IMG/VR virus record: IMGVR_UViG_3300037096_000048
Coordinates: 1-57,117 of that record
Reading direction: 5' to 3' (one strand)
DNA from: a virus
Lineage: Duplodnaviria > Caudoviricetes
DNA length: 57,117 nucleotides
Made by a program: the position numbers and the translations under genes. Shown one piece after another: positions 45,214 to 54,718 of the stretch. The number at the start of each line of letters is the position of its first letter. Position 1 is the stretch's first letter. Under the pieces are notes generated by a model. That model searched no databases and was not told the DNA's origin. It worked only from the letters and a program-made list of their open reading frames with translations.

Positions 45214-47049
45214 ATGACAATTTATCGCTGCGTTGCCCCTCAGTGGCTATTAGACTCAAGTCCTACCTGGCCCCGCGTAAAAGAAGGTCAGTTTGACGAA
45301 TATGAAATAGCTCAGATCAACTCTGAAGGATATAACGTTTATTTCTTGCCCAACACCACCTCAAACTACACACCAAATACCACTGTTGACGGCTCCAGCA
45401 TAGACACGTTCACCTATGTATTCATAGACTTTGATTTAAAATCTGGAAATTGTGTGTCAAAAGAGGCCTTCATTGCTATGGTGGGTAGAACCGCCATAGT
45501 GCCGACATTCATTGTGGACTCTGGGAACGGCATCCATGTCTACTGGCAGGTGTCCGACCTCGATGCTATGAGCTATCTGAAACTCACTAGGCGCCTTATG
45601 CGTCATTTCAATACTGACCCGGCGGTGGGCGGAATTTATCAACTCATGCGGGCGCCGGGCACCTTAAACACGAAAGTAAAGGGAGACTTCAAGCCCTGTG
45701 AACTACTACACCAAGGTGACGCAGTATACACCTGTGAGCAGCTGGATGCCATACTTCCACCGCTTACCCACGATGACGAAATACACTGTCAGCAGCATTT
45801 TGACAAAACCTACGATATAACTGATAAAAATTCACGTATTGACGATATCTTGCCTAGTAAATTCGGTAAGTTACTTGCATCAAGTAAAGAAGTTAAGGAT
45901 ATATGGTCCTGCAATACCGACGACAGGAGCAAGTCAGATCATCGTCTAGGGCACCTGATGTTCGCTGCAGGCTTCACCAAGGCCGAAGCCCTATCCGTGC
46001 TAGTAAACTGTGCCAAGGCCCTTTCAAGGGCACCCAAGCACCGTATAAGCTATGCTGAGGGCATTGTAGGCAAGATATGGACATATGAGGAAGCCGCAGA
46101 CAAAGACTCGCTGAACCTATCCAGCACAGTCAAGGACATCCTGTCAAAATCGGGAGACACTATCAAGGGCACGAGATTCCCATGTTGGGGATACCTCGAC
46201 AACACGGCCCACGGATTCCGCCTAGGTCAAGTCATAGGTCTTGTAGCTGGCTCCGGTGTAGGCAAGACTTCGGTAGCATTGAATATGTTTCTAGGCTTTG
46301 TTCAGAATAACCCAGACTATGACCATTTCTTCTTGCCCCTGGAGCAAACGTCAAATGAGATAGCCGACCGCTGGAAGACCATGTGTGGTGACAAGACCCA
46401 ATTGCATGACAAGGTTCATATCTTGAGCAATTATGACCAAGACGGCACGTTTAGACACCTATCTTTCGATAATATTAAAGATTATCTATTGAAGTTTCAG
46501 ACCATCACTGGAAAAAAAGTAGGATGTGTAGTCATTGATCACATAGGCGCCCTAAAAAAGAAAGGCCGGGACGGTGAGAATCAAGATCTAATGGACATTT
46601 GTCATCAAATGAAAGCCTTCGCCGTTCAGACTAACACCATGCTAGTCATGCAGAGTCAGGCGCCGAGGGAGAAAGCTGGCATCGGTGACCTTGAGCTGAA
46701 TAAGGACGCCGCGTATGGCACGGTGTACTTCGAGTCATACTGCGACTACCTACTAGCCGTCTGGCAGCCTCTGAAGCGATGTTACACCCAAGGCGCCCCT
46801 ACAGTGACTGCGTACAAGTTTTGCAAAATAAGGCATAAAAAACAAAATGTGGACATTATCAAAGAGGATGAGAGATACTTGCTTATGTTCGATTCTGATA
46901 CTGAGCACCTGCGGGAGATGACGCAGGATGAAGAAACATCATTTAAATTCTTCAATAAAACTGCATCTAACTTGCGCGGACAGGATCGCAAGACTGAAGT
47001 CGTATCTTACACATCGGTGAAATGGGGTAAAGTTAATGAGACACTATAA
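45214..47049 (+). CDS. Primase-helicase (RepB-like primase + DnaB-like helicase)
   Basis: FIDFD, DSGNGIHVYW, MRAPGTLN; AGSGVGKT, VVIDH, QSQ; ATG 45214 with SD (ORF-track start lies inside the tRNA). Confidence 0.9.
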   Translation: MTIYRCVAPQWLLDSSPTWPRVKEGQFDEYEIAQINSEGYNVYFLPNTTSNYTPNTTVDGSSIDTFTYVFIDFDLKSGNCVSKEAFIAMVGRTAIVPTFIVDSGNGIHVYWQVSDLDAMSYLKLTRRLMRHFNTDPAVGGIYQLMRAPGTLNTKVKGDFKPCELLHQGDAVYTCEQLDAILPPLTHDDEIHCQQHFDKTYDITDKNSRIDDILPSKFGKLLASSKEVKDIWSCNTDDRSKSDHRLGHLMFAAGFTKAEALSVLVNCAKALSRAPKHRISYAEGIVGKIWTYEEAADKDSLNLSSTVKDILSKSGDTIKGTRFPCWGYLDNTAHGFRLGQVIGLVAGSGVGKTSVALNMFLGFVQNNPDYDHFFLPLEQTSNEIADRWKTMCGDKTQLHDKVHILSNYDQDGTFRHLSFDNIKDYLLKFQTITGKKVGCVVIDHIGALKKKGRDGENQDLMDICHQMKAFAVQTNTMLVMQSQAPREKAGIGDLELNKDAAYGTVYFESYCDYLLAVWQPLKRCYTQGAPTVTAYKFCKIRHKKQNVDIIKEDERYLLMFDSDTEHLREMTQDEETSFKFFNKTASNLRGQDRKTEVVSYTSVKWGKVNETL

Positions 47050-47287
47050 CAAAGACAAAAACGTCTATGAAGCCGAGAAGCAGATGGCGCGAGAACTAGT
47101 CGATAATTGGAACACCCGGACCATTGAAGAAAATCGTCAGCACATGACGGCGGCTATCGCATACCTACTGCACGCCTACGGCCGCGAGCAATGGTGCGCT
47201 GGCCGCGACAGGGCGGCGGAGATAATCGCCGAATCATACGGCGACTGCATGGGGCTGGCTGAGATCCGGGCTCTTGAGCCGCTGTAG
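47036..47287 (+). CDS. Hypothetical protein
   Basis: 83 aa, overlaps upstream stop. Confidence 0.65.
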   Translation: MRHYNKDKNVYEAEKQMARELVDNWNTRTIEENRQHMTAAIAYLLHAYGREQWCAGRDRAAEIIAESYGDCMGLAEIRALEPL

Positions 47288-47329
47288 GCGGCGCTTTCAA
47301 ACGGGTAGAACTAGAAGAGCGGACAAGGT

Positions 47330-49447
47330 ATGGAAAAGCTAATAGTAATCAGGACTGAAGCTGACTTATATCAACTTCAGGAATATCTCAAAGATAAAGA
47401 ATACATAGCCTTTGATACGGAAACCACAGGAGTCAACAAGGAAGACCACGTCATAGGCTTTTCGGTCTGCGCTGATATTGAAGTTGGGTCTTATGTCATC
47501 TGCAAATATTGGGACTCTATCAACCAGAAGTTGATAGATCTATCACCCGCCCTGTCAATATTAGCCTTCATGCGGTCGATAGAAAATAAGTCCTTGATCA
47601 TGCACAATGCAGTGTTGGACTGTTCTATGGTCAACAACAACTTCGGTATTGACTTGATGCCCTCTGTGCATACTGATACCATGTTGCTTGCTCATTTGCT
47701 AAACGAAAACCGCCGTGTAGGGTTGAAAGAACTCGCTATAAGTATCTACGGCGAGTCTTCTAAAAAAGAACAAATTGAGATGAAAGCCAGTGTAGCAGCT
47801 AACGGCGGAGTGCTCACTAAGGACAAATACGAACTATACAAGGCCGATGCTGACCTGATAGCACAATACGGTGCTAAAGATGCAATCCTCACTCTCAAAC
47901 TGTTCTATCACCTTGTTCCGGAGTTATATGAGCAACATTTAGACAAATTCTTCTATAAATACGAGACTATGCCCCTACTCAGAGGCCCCACGTACGAGCT
48001 GAATACCACCGGTCTACAGGTTGATCCCGTGAAGCTGGAGAAACTCCGCTGTGAGCTGGATGCGGAATGCATCGAAGCAAAGGCTTTCATACTCCGCGAA
48101 ATTGACGCCCACGTCAAAAGCAAGTACCCAGGCACCGGCAAGACCAACTATTTCAACATAGGCGCTTGCCAGCAACTTGCGTGGCTATTATTCGGGCAAT
48201 TAGGCAATGAATTCAATAATTTGACTGATGTTGGCCGTCAAGTCTGTAAGGTTCTGCAGCTTAAAATACCATACACGCCTAGTGCCAAGCGTGAATTCAT
48301 ACGCGTAGTACAAGAAAACAAAGGCCGAGTATGGCAAAAGGGTACGCTAGATGCCAAAACTGGCAAAATGAGCCGCCCTAAGAAAGTCTCTGATCCCTGG
48401 GCCTACATGACTAGCGGCAAAGTTACGCTGGGCAAGATGGCAGGCAAGTACCGCTGGGTGGCAAAGCTATTAGAGTACAGGAAAGCTCAGAAGTTACTTG
48501 GAACTTACGTCGAAGGCATCCAAGGCCGCATGAAGTACAATGTCATCCGGCCTAGCTTTCTGCAGCACGGCACTACGTCCGGAAGATACAGCTCAAAACT
48601 TCCAAACTTTCAGAATCTTCCTAGGGAAGACAAACGCGTAAAGTCCTGTATTATTGCTCGAAAAGGGAAGGTATTTGTAGGGGCCGACTATTCTCAGTTA
48701 GAGCCTAGAGTGTTCGCCAGTATCAGCCAAGATGAAACGCTAATGGCCTGCTTTGCCTCCGGTGAAGATTTCTACAGCGTAATCGGCGCCCCTATCTTTG
48801 GCATTCACGGTCTCAGTCTGTTCAAGGACGATCCAAATAGTTTCGCAAAGAAATATCCAGGATTGCGGGACAGAGCTAAGGTGCTAGCCTTAGCCACGCC
48901 ATATGGCCGCACAGCTGCCCAGCAGGCCGCCGCAATGGAGATCTCGATGGAGGAGTCACGAGACCTCATTGACCGCTACTTCACTGCCTATCCGGCCGTA
49001 GAGGCCATGATGTTGGAAAGCCATGAACAGGCTAAACTATATGGCATTGTTCACAGTTTATATGGACGACCCAGACGCATGCCGCAAGCCATGGGCATAC
49101 CAAAGTTGTTTGGAAAAACTGCGCATGCAGATTTACCTTATGACTATCGTAACCTATTGAATCTTGCAATGAATCACAGAGTACAGAGCACGGCATCAAG
49201 TATCATGAACCGCGCCGCCATCTCTTTTTGGAACATTTGCCATAAACTATCGGAAAGCGACAGTATGTGGGCAGATATTAGACTAGTGATGCAGGTCCAC
49301 GATGAGCTGATAGTAGAATGCCCGGAAGAAATTGCCGTTGAAGTAGCAGATTCTCTTAAATATGCCATGGAGAACACCAGCATTCTACCCGGTGTAGCGT
49401 TGATAACTAAACCTGTAATAGCCAATAATCTAGGAGATTTAAAGTGA
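47330..49447 (+). CDS. polA: DNA polymerase family A with 3'-5' exonuclease
   Basis: FDTETTG, TTSGRYSS..PNFQNLP, ADYSQLEPR, RDRAKVLALATPYG, QVHDE. Confidence 0.95.
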   Translation: MEKLIVIRTEADLYQLQEYLKDKEYIAFDTETTGVNKEDHVIGFSVCADIEVGSYVICKYWDSINQKLIDLSPALSILAFMRSIENKSLIMHNAVLDCSMVNNNFGIDLMPSVHTDTMLLAHLLNENRRVGLKELAISIYGESSKKEQIEMKASVAANGGVLTKDKYELYKADADLIAQYGAKDAILTLKLFYHLVPELYEQHLDKFFYKYETMPLLRGPTYELNTTGLQVDPVKLEKLRCELDAECIEAKAFILREIDAHVKSKYPGTGKTNYFNIGACQQLAWLLFGQLGNEFNNLTDVGRQVCKVLQLKIPYTPSAKREFIRVVQENKGRVWQKGTLDAKTGKMSRPKKVSDPWAYMTSGKVTLGKMAGKYRWVAKLLEYRKAQKLLGTYVEGIQGRMKYNVIRPSFLQHGTTSGRYSSKLPNFQNLPREDKRVKSCIIARKGKVFVGADYSQLEPRVFASISQDETLMACFASGEDFYSVIGAPIFGIHGLSLFKDDPNSFAKKYPGLRDRAKVLALATPYGRTAAQQAAAMEISMEESRDLIDRYFTAYPAVEAMMLESHEQAKLYGIVHSLYGRPRRMPQAMGIPKLFGKTAHADLPYDYRNLLNLAMNHRVQSTASSIMNRAAISFWNICHKLSESDSMWADIRLVMQVHDELIVECPEEIAVEVADSLKYAMENTSILPGVALITKPVIANNLGDLK

Positions 49448-51075
49448 ATTCGTTTTCAAAGCGCATCATGGAACAGAAGTACAGCCACACGCTGCCAGAC
49501 GGTACCAAAGAGACATGGCCGGATATTGCTAAGCGGGTAGTACAAAATGTAATGGGCGCAGTTTCTTGTAGCAAAAACTTGACATCTGAGATAGAAAACC
49601 TAATAGTTTCAAAGAAGTTTATCCCGGGGGGACGGTATCTCTATGCCGCTGGAAGACCCTTCCACCAGACCCAAAACTGTCTCCTACTCCGCGCCGAAGA
49701 CTCCAGGGAAGGCTGGGCCGACTTGATGCGAAAATGCACAATGGCCCTTATGACTGGCGCAGGCATTGGCATAGATTACAGCGCTATCCGGGCTGAAGGC
49801 CGCCTAGTGCGAAAGACTGGCGGCGTAGCCACCGGGCCTATATCTCTGGCTAAGATGATCAACGAGGCAGGGAGGGGCATCATGCAGGGAGGGTCTAGGC
49901 GTTCAGCCATATGGGCTGGACTTAATTGGAAGCATCCCGATATACACAAATTCATTACCGCCAAGAACTGGATACCAGAAGTTCGGGCCATGAAAGCTAA
50001 AGACTTTAATTTCCCAGCCGACCTAGACGGGACGAATGTATCTGTACAACTCGATGAAGAATTTTTCAACGCATATCATGATGATACGCACTTACATAAT
50101 GCTTTAGCCCACGGAGTGTATTGGGCTACAGTGAGACAAATGCTCAAGACTGCAGAGCCAGGTTTCTCGGTGGACACTGGCGCCAATACCGGGGAGACTC
50201 TTAGAAATGCTTGCACTGAAATAACTTCCCGAGATGATTCAGATATATGTAATTTAGGCAGTATTAATCTAGCAGAAATTGACAGTTTGGAAGACATGGA
50301 GCGCGCAGTTGAACTCGGCACGGCATTCTTGCTAGCCGGAACTCTCTATAGTGACGTGCCGTACTCCCGGGTGGATAGTGTCAGGTCAAAGAATCGTCGG
50401 CTAGGGCTTGGCCTGATGGGCATCCACGAATGGTTACTAAAGAACGGGCGCAGGTATGGACCTGATCAAGTACTAAACCATTACTTAGATATATATGCCG
50501 GGTCATGCAGGCATGCTTATAATTATGCCAGTGATTGGGAGATAAGTACTCCGGTGAAAACTAGGGCTATAGCTCCTACCGGCACCATAGGCATATTGGC
50601 AAACACCACTACAGGGATTGAGCCGGTGTTCTGTGCAGCCTACAAGCGCCGTTACCTTAAAGGCTTCAGCTGGCATTACGAGTATGTAATAGATCCCACG
50701 GCTAAGCGGCTTGTAGACCAAGGCATTGACCCGGACAGCATCGAGGATGCCTATAGCCTCGCCGAAGACGTTGAGCGTAGGTTAGCCTTCCAGGCTCACG
50801 TACAGCAGTACGTTGACCACGCCATATCCAGCACGGTGAATCTGCCAGCCTGGGGCTCTGAACTGAACAATGATGACCGCGTGAAGTCCTTTGGCGACAT
50901 GCTAATGAAGTACTTGCCTAAGCTGCGGGGCATGACAGTATACCCAGACGGTGCGCGCGGCGGGCAGCCGTTGACTAGCGTGGCATACAAGACAGCTGTG
51001 AAGCATACGGGTGAAGTTTTCGAGGAAGCTATTGATATGTGCGAGTTAACGAAAGGTGGAAGTTGTGGAAGTTAA
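49444..51075 (+). CDS. nrdJ: Ribonucleotide reductase, probably class II (B12-dependent)
   Basis: PGGRYL, NC, GGSRRSA, NACTE, CNLGSINL, IAPTGT, C-terminal Cys pair; no beta subunit gene found. Confidence 0.85.
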   Translation: MNSFSKRIMEQKYSHTLPDGTKETWPDIAKRVVQNVMGAVSCSKNLTSEIENLIVSKKFIPGGRYLYAAGRPFHQTQNCLLLRAEDSREGWADLMRKCTMALMTGAGIGIDYSAIRAEGRLVRKTGGVATGPISLAKMINEAGRGIMQGGSRRSAIWAGLNWKHPDIHKFITAKNWIPEVRAMKAKDFNFPADLDGTNVSVQLDEEFFNAYHDDTHLHNALAHGVYWATVRQMLKTAEPGFSVDTGANTGETLRNACTEITSRDDSDICNLGSINLAEIDSLEDMERAVELGTAFLLAGTLYSDVPYSRVDSVRSKNRRLGLGLMGIHEWLLKNGRRYGPDQVLNHYLDIYAGSCRHAYNYASDWEISTPVKTRAIAPTGTIGILANTTTGIEPVFCAAYKRRYLKGFSWHYEYVIDPTAKRLVDQGIDPDSIEDAYSLAEDVERRLAFQAHVQQYVDHAISSTVNLPAWGSELNNDDRVKSFGDMLMKYLPKLRGMTVYPDGARGGQPLTSVAYKTAVKHTGEVFEEAIDMCELTKGGSCGS

Positions 51076-51487
51076 ATTTAAAAAGTTGCATCTTGACGCG
51101 GTTATCCCGTCCTACTCAACTCACGGCGACGCAGGCATGGACATCAAGGCCGTGTCCGGAGCTATTTATAGTTGTCTTAATGACTTTGTAGAGTATAAGA
51201 CAGGACTCGCCGTTGAAATTCCTGAAGGATATGTGGGACTTATTTATCCTAGATCGTCTATATCTAAGTACACGGTGCTCTTGACTAATTCTGTGGGAGT
51301 TATCGATGCCGGGTTTAGAGGCGAAATATGCTTTAGATTTATGAAGTACGGCTCTAAGGTTTACTGTAAAGGCGATAGGATCGGTCAAATAATTATTATG
51401 CCTTGTCTTAAAATCATTCCTGTCGAAGCCACAGAGCTATCTGAAACTATTAGAGGAACAGGCGCTTACGGCTCATCCGGAAAATAA
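51056..51487 (+). CDS. dut: dUTPase (trimeric)
   Basis: AGMD, PRSS, GVIDAGFRGE, GDRIGQ, RGTGAYGSSG. Confidence 0.95.
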   Translation: MEVVEVKFKKLHLDAVIPSYSTHGDAGMDIKAVSGAIYSCLNDFVEYKTGLAVEIPEGYVGLIYPRSSISKYTVLLTNSVGVIDAGFRGEICFRFMKYGSKVYCKGDRIGQIIIMPCLKIIPVEATELSETIRGTGAYGSSGK

Positions 51488-51493
51488 TCATTC

Positions 51494-51531
51494 TTGACAC
51501 AGTTGTGTGGCAGGTATCAGTCTGTCATGCT
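51494..51531 (+). promoter_or_regulatory. Promoter/operator with 14-bp element TTGACACAGTTGTG
   Basis: Same 14-mer as 9902; TTGTGT-17 nt-CATGCT. Confidence 0.5.
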
Positions 51532-51551
51532 GGATTTAAGAGAGGTGCAAA

Positions 51552-51656
51552 ATGACCAAAATTAAAAGCGCCATAGTGTCCTTGCTAGTTATAGCTCTGA
51601 CCGGGCTGATCGTAGGTAGTTTAATGACTGTGCTTGTAGCTATAATGTTCAAATAA
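51552..51656 (+). CDS. 34-aa membrane peptide, not in ORF track
   Basis: SD GAGGTG; MTKIKSAIVSLLVIALTGLIVGSLMTVLVAIMFK. Confidence 0.6.
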   Translation: MTKIKSAIVSLLVIALTGLIVGSLMTVLVAIMFK

Positions 51657-51670
51657 AAAGGAGACTCCAT

Positions 51671-51871
51671 ATGACTGTATATGAAAAACACGCGTATAAC
51701 CCATATTGCGACTGCTACCGCTGCCATAAGATTGGCGAGGGATACAACCCAATCGATATTGACGCCTTTATCAGCGGTGAAATGCCCACCAATGCCGTGA
51801 AATCCAATGTAGTTTATATCAACTTCAAAACCAAGAAACCGCCGAGAATCATTGGGAGAACTCATGTTTAA
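51671..51871 (+). CDS. Hypothetical protein with H...CxCxxC motif
   Basis: SD AAGGAG. Confidence 0.7.
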   Translation: MTVYEKHAYNPYCDCYRCHKIGEGYNPIDIDAFISGEMPTNAVKSNVVYINFKTKKPPRIIGRTHV

Positions 51872-52280
51872 CGTAGGGGATATAGTTGAAGTTAATCCCT
51901 ACACTCTGCTCCTCCACAGCAACTTATTTTTACAGCTTAATCAACTTTACGTGGTCGTGGCAATAGGCAGTATAAATTCAGATATAGTTTATATCGGCAA
52001 TTGGGGCTGCGTTGGACCTGGGGTGCCTATTTCTGCAACATTTCTGCAGCTTTGTGTAGCTCCACACAATTCACCTATTTCCTGGGATGACGCTTTACGT
52101 TTGGTGAATTCTTTGGATGATATCGCGCAAGCATTGCCGAAATTGACAATGCACACTGTGGCCCGCTATCGCGGATTCACCGAGTCATACGACTACTGCA
52201 CGGTATGCGATAAAAAAGACACTAATGTGTGGGAATCGGAAACAACATTAGCAAGCATGGACTGTAAAGGTCATAAATAA
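51864..52280 (+). CDS. Hypothetical protein
   Basis: MFNVGDIVEV; C-terminal YCTVC. Confidence 0.65.
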   Translation: MFNVGDIVEVNPYTLLLHSNLFLQLNQLYVVVAIGSINSDIVYIGNWGCVGPGVPISATFLQLCVAPHNSPISWDDALRLVNSLDDIAQALPKLTMHTVARYRGFTESYDYCTVCDKKDTNVWESETTLASMDCKGHK

Positions 52281-52320
52281 CAATAACTTATCTAATAGGC
52301 AAAATAGACCTATGTAATAG

Positions 52321-52349
52321 TTGACACTATGCAAAATATGTTGTATAGT
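52321..52349 (+). promoter_or_regulatory. Near-consensus sigma70 promoter, leaderless onto ATG 52357
   Basis: TTGACA-17 nt-TATAGT. Confidence 0.75.
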
Positions 52350-52356
52350 CTTAACT

Positions 52357-52746
52357 ATGATGACCTTTATTGAAAAACTAACCAAGTTACTTCGTCAGAT
52401 CAGGGGCTTATTTCCCTCCCAAGTCCCACAGGGTATTACTGAATTCGAGCAATGGGCTGCCAGCATTGCCGCTACCTGGCATCTGCCCACGGCGGACCTG
52501 AATTCTATCAAGTCTACCCTAGCCGTGATAGTCATGCATATGGGTCCAAAGGACGATTCTAAATCCAAGTACCACTTTGTCCGCACTTTCAGAGCCGGTG
52601 CCGCAAAGCAAATCGCCAGCGCTGTGTTCACTGATATTAAGAATACCCAAGCCACAACGGCCCAGAAAGCCCTTGAAGCTAAACCCGCTGAAGCTACAGC
52701 TGTCATTCCCACGGCGGTAGCTACAAGTGGATCAAAAGCATTCTAA
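52357..52746 (+). CDS. Hypothetical protein
   Basis: ATG 7 nt after the -10 element. Confidence 0.7.
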   Translation: MMTFIEKLTKLLRQIRGLFPSQVPQGITEFEQWAASIAATWHLPTADLNSIKSTLAVIVMHMGPKDDSKSKYHFVRTFRAGAAKQIASAVFTDIKNTQATTAQKALEAKPAEATAVIPTAVATSGSKAF

Positions 52747-53155
52747 GCAGAAATTCTATGAAACGGAAGCTTTCAAAGAGCTTGAAATCAAGTGGAAAAA
52801 ACGCCTTGAACGCTCCGGTTTCGACGATATTGAGTACGAAGGCGGCTGCCTTAAAAAACCCGCCTGCGGGCTCTTCATCACAAAATCAAACGGTAGAGAT
52901 TACAAACTCCGAAAAGTACATTACGATTCAGTCGAAGATTACTATCGTTTGGCGGGACAGTTCTTGTATGATTATACCTTTGCAAACTCTAAAGAAAAAC
53001 TCATCTGGAAACTACACGCTGAAGGTATCAGTCAAAGAAATATAGTCATAGCATTGAGCAAGAAAGGTATCCATACGTACAAACTTCAAGTACATAACTT
53101 ATTGCAAATGTTAGAGAATGAGATGATAAATAAGTGCAAAAGCACAAAGATTTAA
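52727..53155 (+). CDS. Putative sigma-region-4-like HTH transcription factor
   Basis: EKLIWKLHAEGISQRNIVIAL...VHNLL resembles sigma-4/LuxR-type HTH. Confidence 0.5.
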   Translation: MDQKHSKQKFYETEAFKELEIKWKKRLERSGFDDIEYEGGCLKKPACGLFITKSNGRDYKLRKVHYDSVEDYYRLAGQFLYDYTFANSKEKLIWKLHAEGISQRNIVIALSKKGIHTYKLQVHNLLQMLENEMINKCKSTKI

Positions 53156-53538
53156 TCACCACTCGTGCCAATCTCCCTGGTGATCACGCATTCATCATGG
53201 CTACTTGGTTGCGCGGTGCCTACTTTGGCAACCCTTGGTTTAATCTTATACCCATGACTATTTACATGCTGTCCTATCATACGTTCTTGGAAAATTTACT
53301 GCAGCTCCCCGGCGTAGTGGTTAAAGTTGCATGCCTCCGGGAAGACCCTGATGTAATCTTGGGCTATAGCGTAAGTTGTGGCACTAGATTACATTGGGTA
53401 TTTGTTAAGTCCGCGTGGCGCAAGATCGGCATAGGCCGTAGTCTGTTACCTGAAAAACTAGAGTCTGTATCTCATATAACTGAAGTAGGCCGAAGCCTGC
53501 TTAAAAAGTGTCCGTCTGTCATCTTTAACCCATTCTGA
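53134..53538 (+). CDS. GNAT-family acetyltransferase
   Basis: ILGY, LHWVFVKSAWRKIGIGRSLL acetyl-CoA motif A. Confidence 0.75.
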   Translation: MQKHKDLITTRANLPGDHAFIMATWLRGAYFGNPWFNLIPMTIYMLSYHTFLENLLQLPGVVVKVACLREDPDVILGYSVSCGTRLHWVFVKSAWRKIGIGRSLLPEKLESVSHITEVGRSLLKKCPSVIFNPF

Positions 53539-53551
53539 AAGGAATAAGTCT

Positions 53552-53830
53552 ATGCAAGCCGTCCCTAGTTTTAAAGCCCCCAGAACACACGAGCAGATCA
53601 CAAATGAATACCAGAACCTCGCCCTCAAGGCCGGTGATCTCGGCTACAAGATTGAATGCTTTGAAAAGGATCTTGAGCAAGTCTATGAGCAAATGCGCAA
53701 TCTGAACTTTGAATTTGTGGCGGCAAACAATGCCAAAGCTGAGGCAGAGAATGCAGCTAAGGCCGCAGCCGCTAAACCAGTCGTATCTGTAGTTGCAGAC
53801 CCTACCCCCGTGTTGAAAGAGGAAGGCTGA
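53552..53830 (+). CDS. Hypothetical coiled-coil protein
   Basis: SD AAGGA. Confidence 0.7.
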   Translation: MQAVPSFKAPRTHEQITNEYQNLALKAGDLGYKIECFEKDLEQVYEQMRNLNFEFVAANNAKAEAENAAKAAAAKPVVSVVADPTPVLKEEG

Positions 53831-53832
53831 AA

Positions 53833-54162
53833 ATGAAACGTAAAGTATTGTCCGCCCGACTGCATGATATGAAGTTCGTTATCGCTGGCATGGGTCAGCT
53901 GGAAACCGTGTTGCCGCCCCAGCGCAAGACCTACCCAGGGCTTGAAATGTGGTATGATGGTTCCATCCTATGCCTAATGATCGCTGGCAAGCCCTATGGT
54001 ATCCCTTTGGCTAATGTGATGCTCATGGAGTTTGGTCCGGAAGAATTACTCCCGTGTGTATCAGTGGACTCCAATAATTTGCGTAGTCCACAGTCCTCGT
54101 TCGTCATGACAGACCAAGCACGTTATGACAATGAGCAAGCTGGGATCACTCGGAAAGTATGA
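53833..54162 (+). CDS. Hypothetical protein
   Basis: Coupled ORF. Confidence 0.7.
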   Translation: MKRKVLSARLHDMKFVIAGMGQLETVLPPQRKTYPGLEMWYDGSILCLMIAGKPYGIPLANVMLMEFGPEELLPCVSVDSNNLRSPQSSFVMTDQARYDNEQAGITRKV

Positions 54163-54398
54163 TTGAATACAGGAACAATATGAAATCTCCACTTAGTCAT
54201 GCTGTGAAAGTTCTGGTAAAAAAATTATCGAAAGACCCAGACTATTATATGTTGTGGCAGTCTAACATAGCGATGGCATTTAAAGACGAATGTAGCCGCA
54301 GAAACATAGGGAGTAAAATTAGGATTCACGATGCCGCTAATGTTGCCGCTAAGTACTTCTTGAATCTTCTTATCCTCGATGTATCTAAGAAATCATGA
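54159..54398 (+). CDS. Hypothetical protein
   Basis: WQSNIAMAF motif. Confidence 0.7.
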   Translation: MIEYRNNMKSPLSHAVKVLVKKLSKDPDYYMLWQSNIAMAFKDECSRRNIGSKIRIHDAANVAAKYFLNLLILDVSKKS

Positions 54399-54718
54399 CC
54401 GAATACAAGTCTATCAAGAACACCAAGGGGCAATATGAGAAGGTTGCTGTAGAAATCCCCCCAGAACCGCCTAGTATCCTCCCGGTGTCAAATGATGACT
54501 TGTGCATTGACACCCTACTCAAGTCCAGTCTAGGAGCCATAGATAGACTCTTAAAGCTGATATGGACCGACGTATCACACGGTAGCATTGACCGGGCTAC
54601 CGTGCAAAATCTTAAGGATGTCGTATCCATGCTCTTAGAGCTGAAGAAGAAAGAGCAAGATATGCTGGATATGCTACCCGATGCAGACCTGAAGAAACTA
54701 GCTGAAGATGTTGATTAG
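54395..54718 (+). CDS. Candidate terminase small subunit
   Basis: Helical, two genes before terL; ends LPDADLKKLA. Confidence 0.45.
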   Translation: MTEYKSIKNTKGQYEKVAVEIPPEPPSILPVSNDDLCIDTLLKSSLGAIDRLLKLIWTDVSHGSIDRATVQNLKDVVSMLLELKKKEQDMLDMLPDADLKKLAEDVD

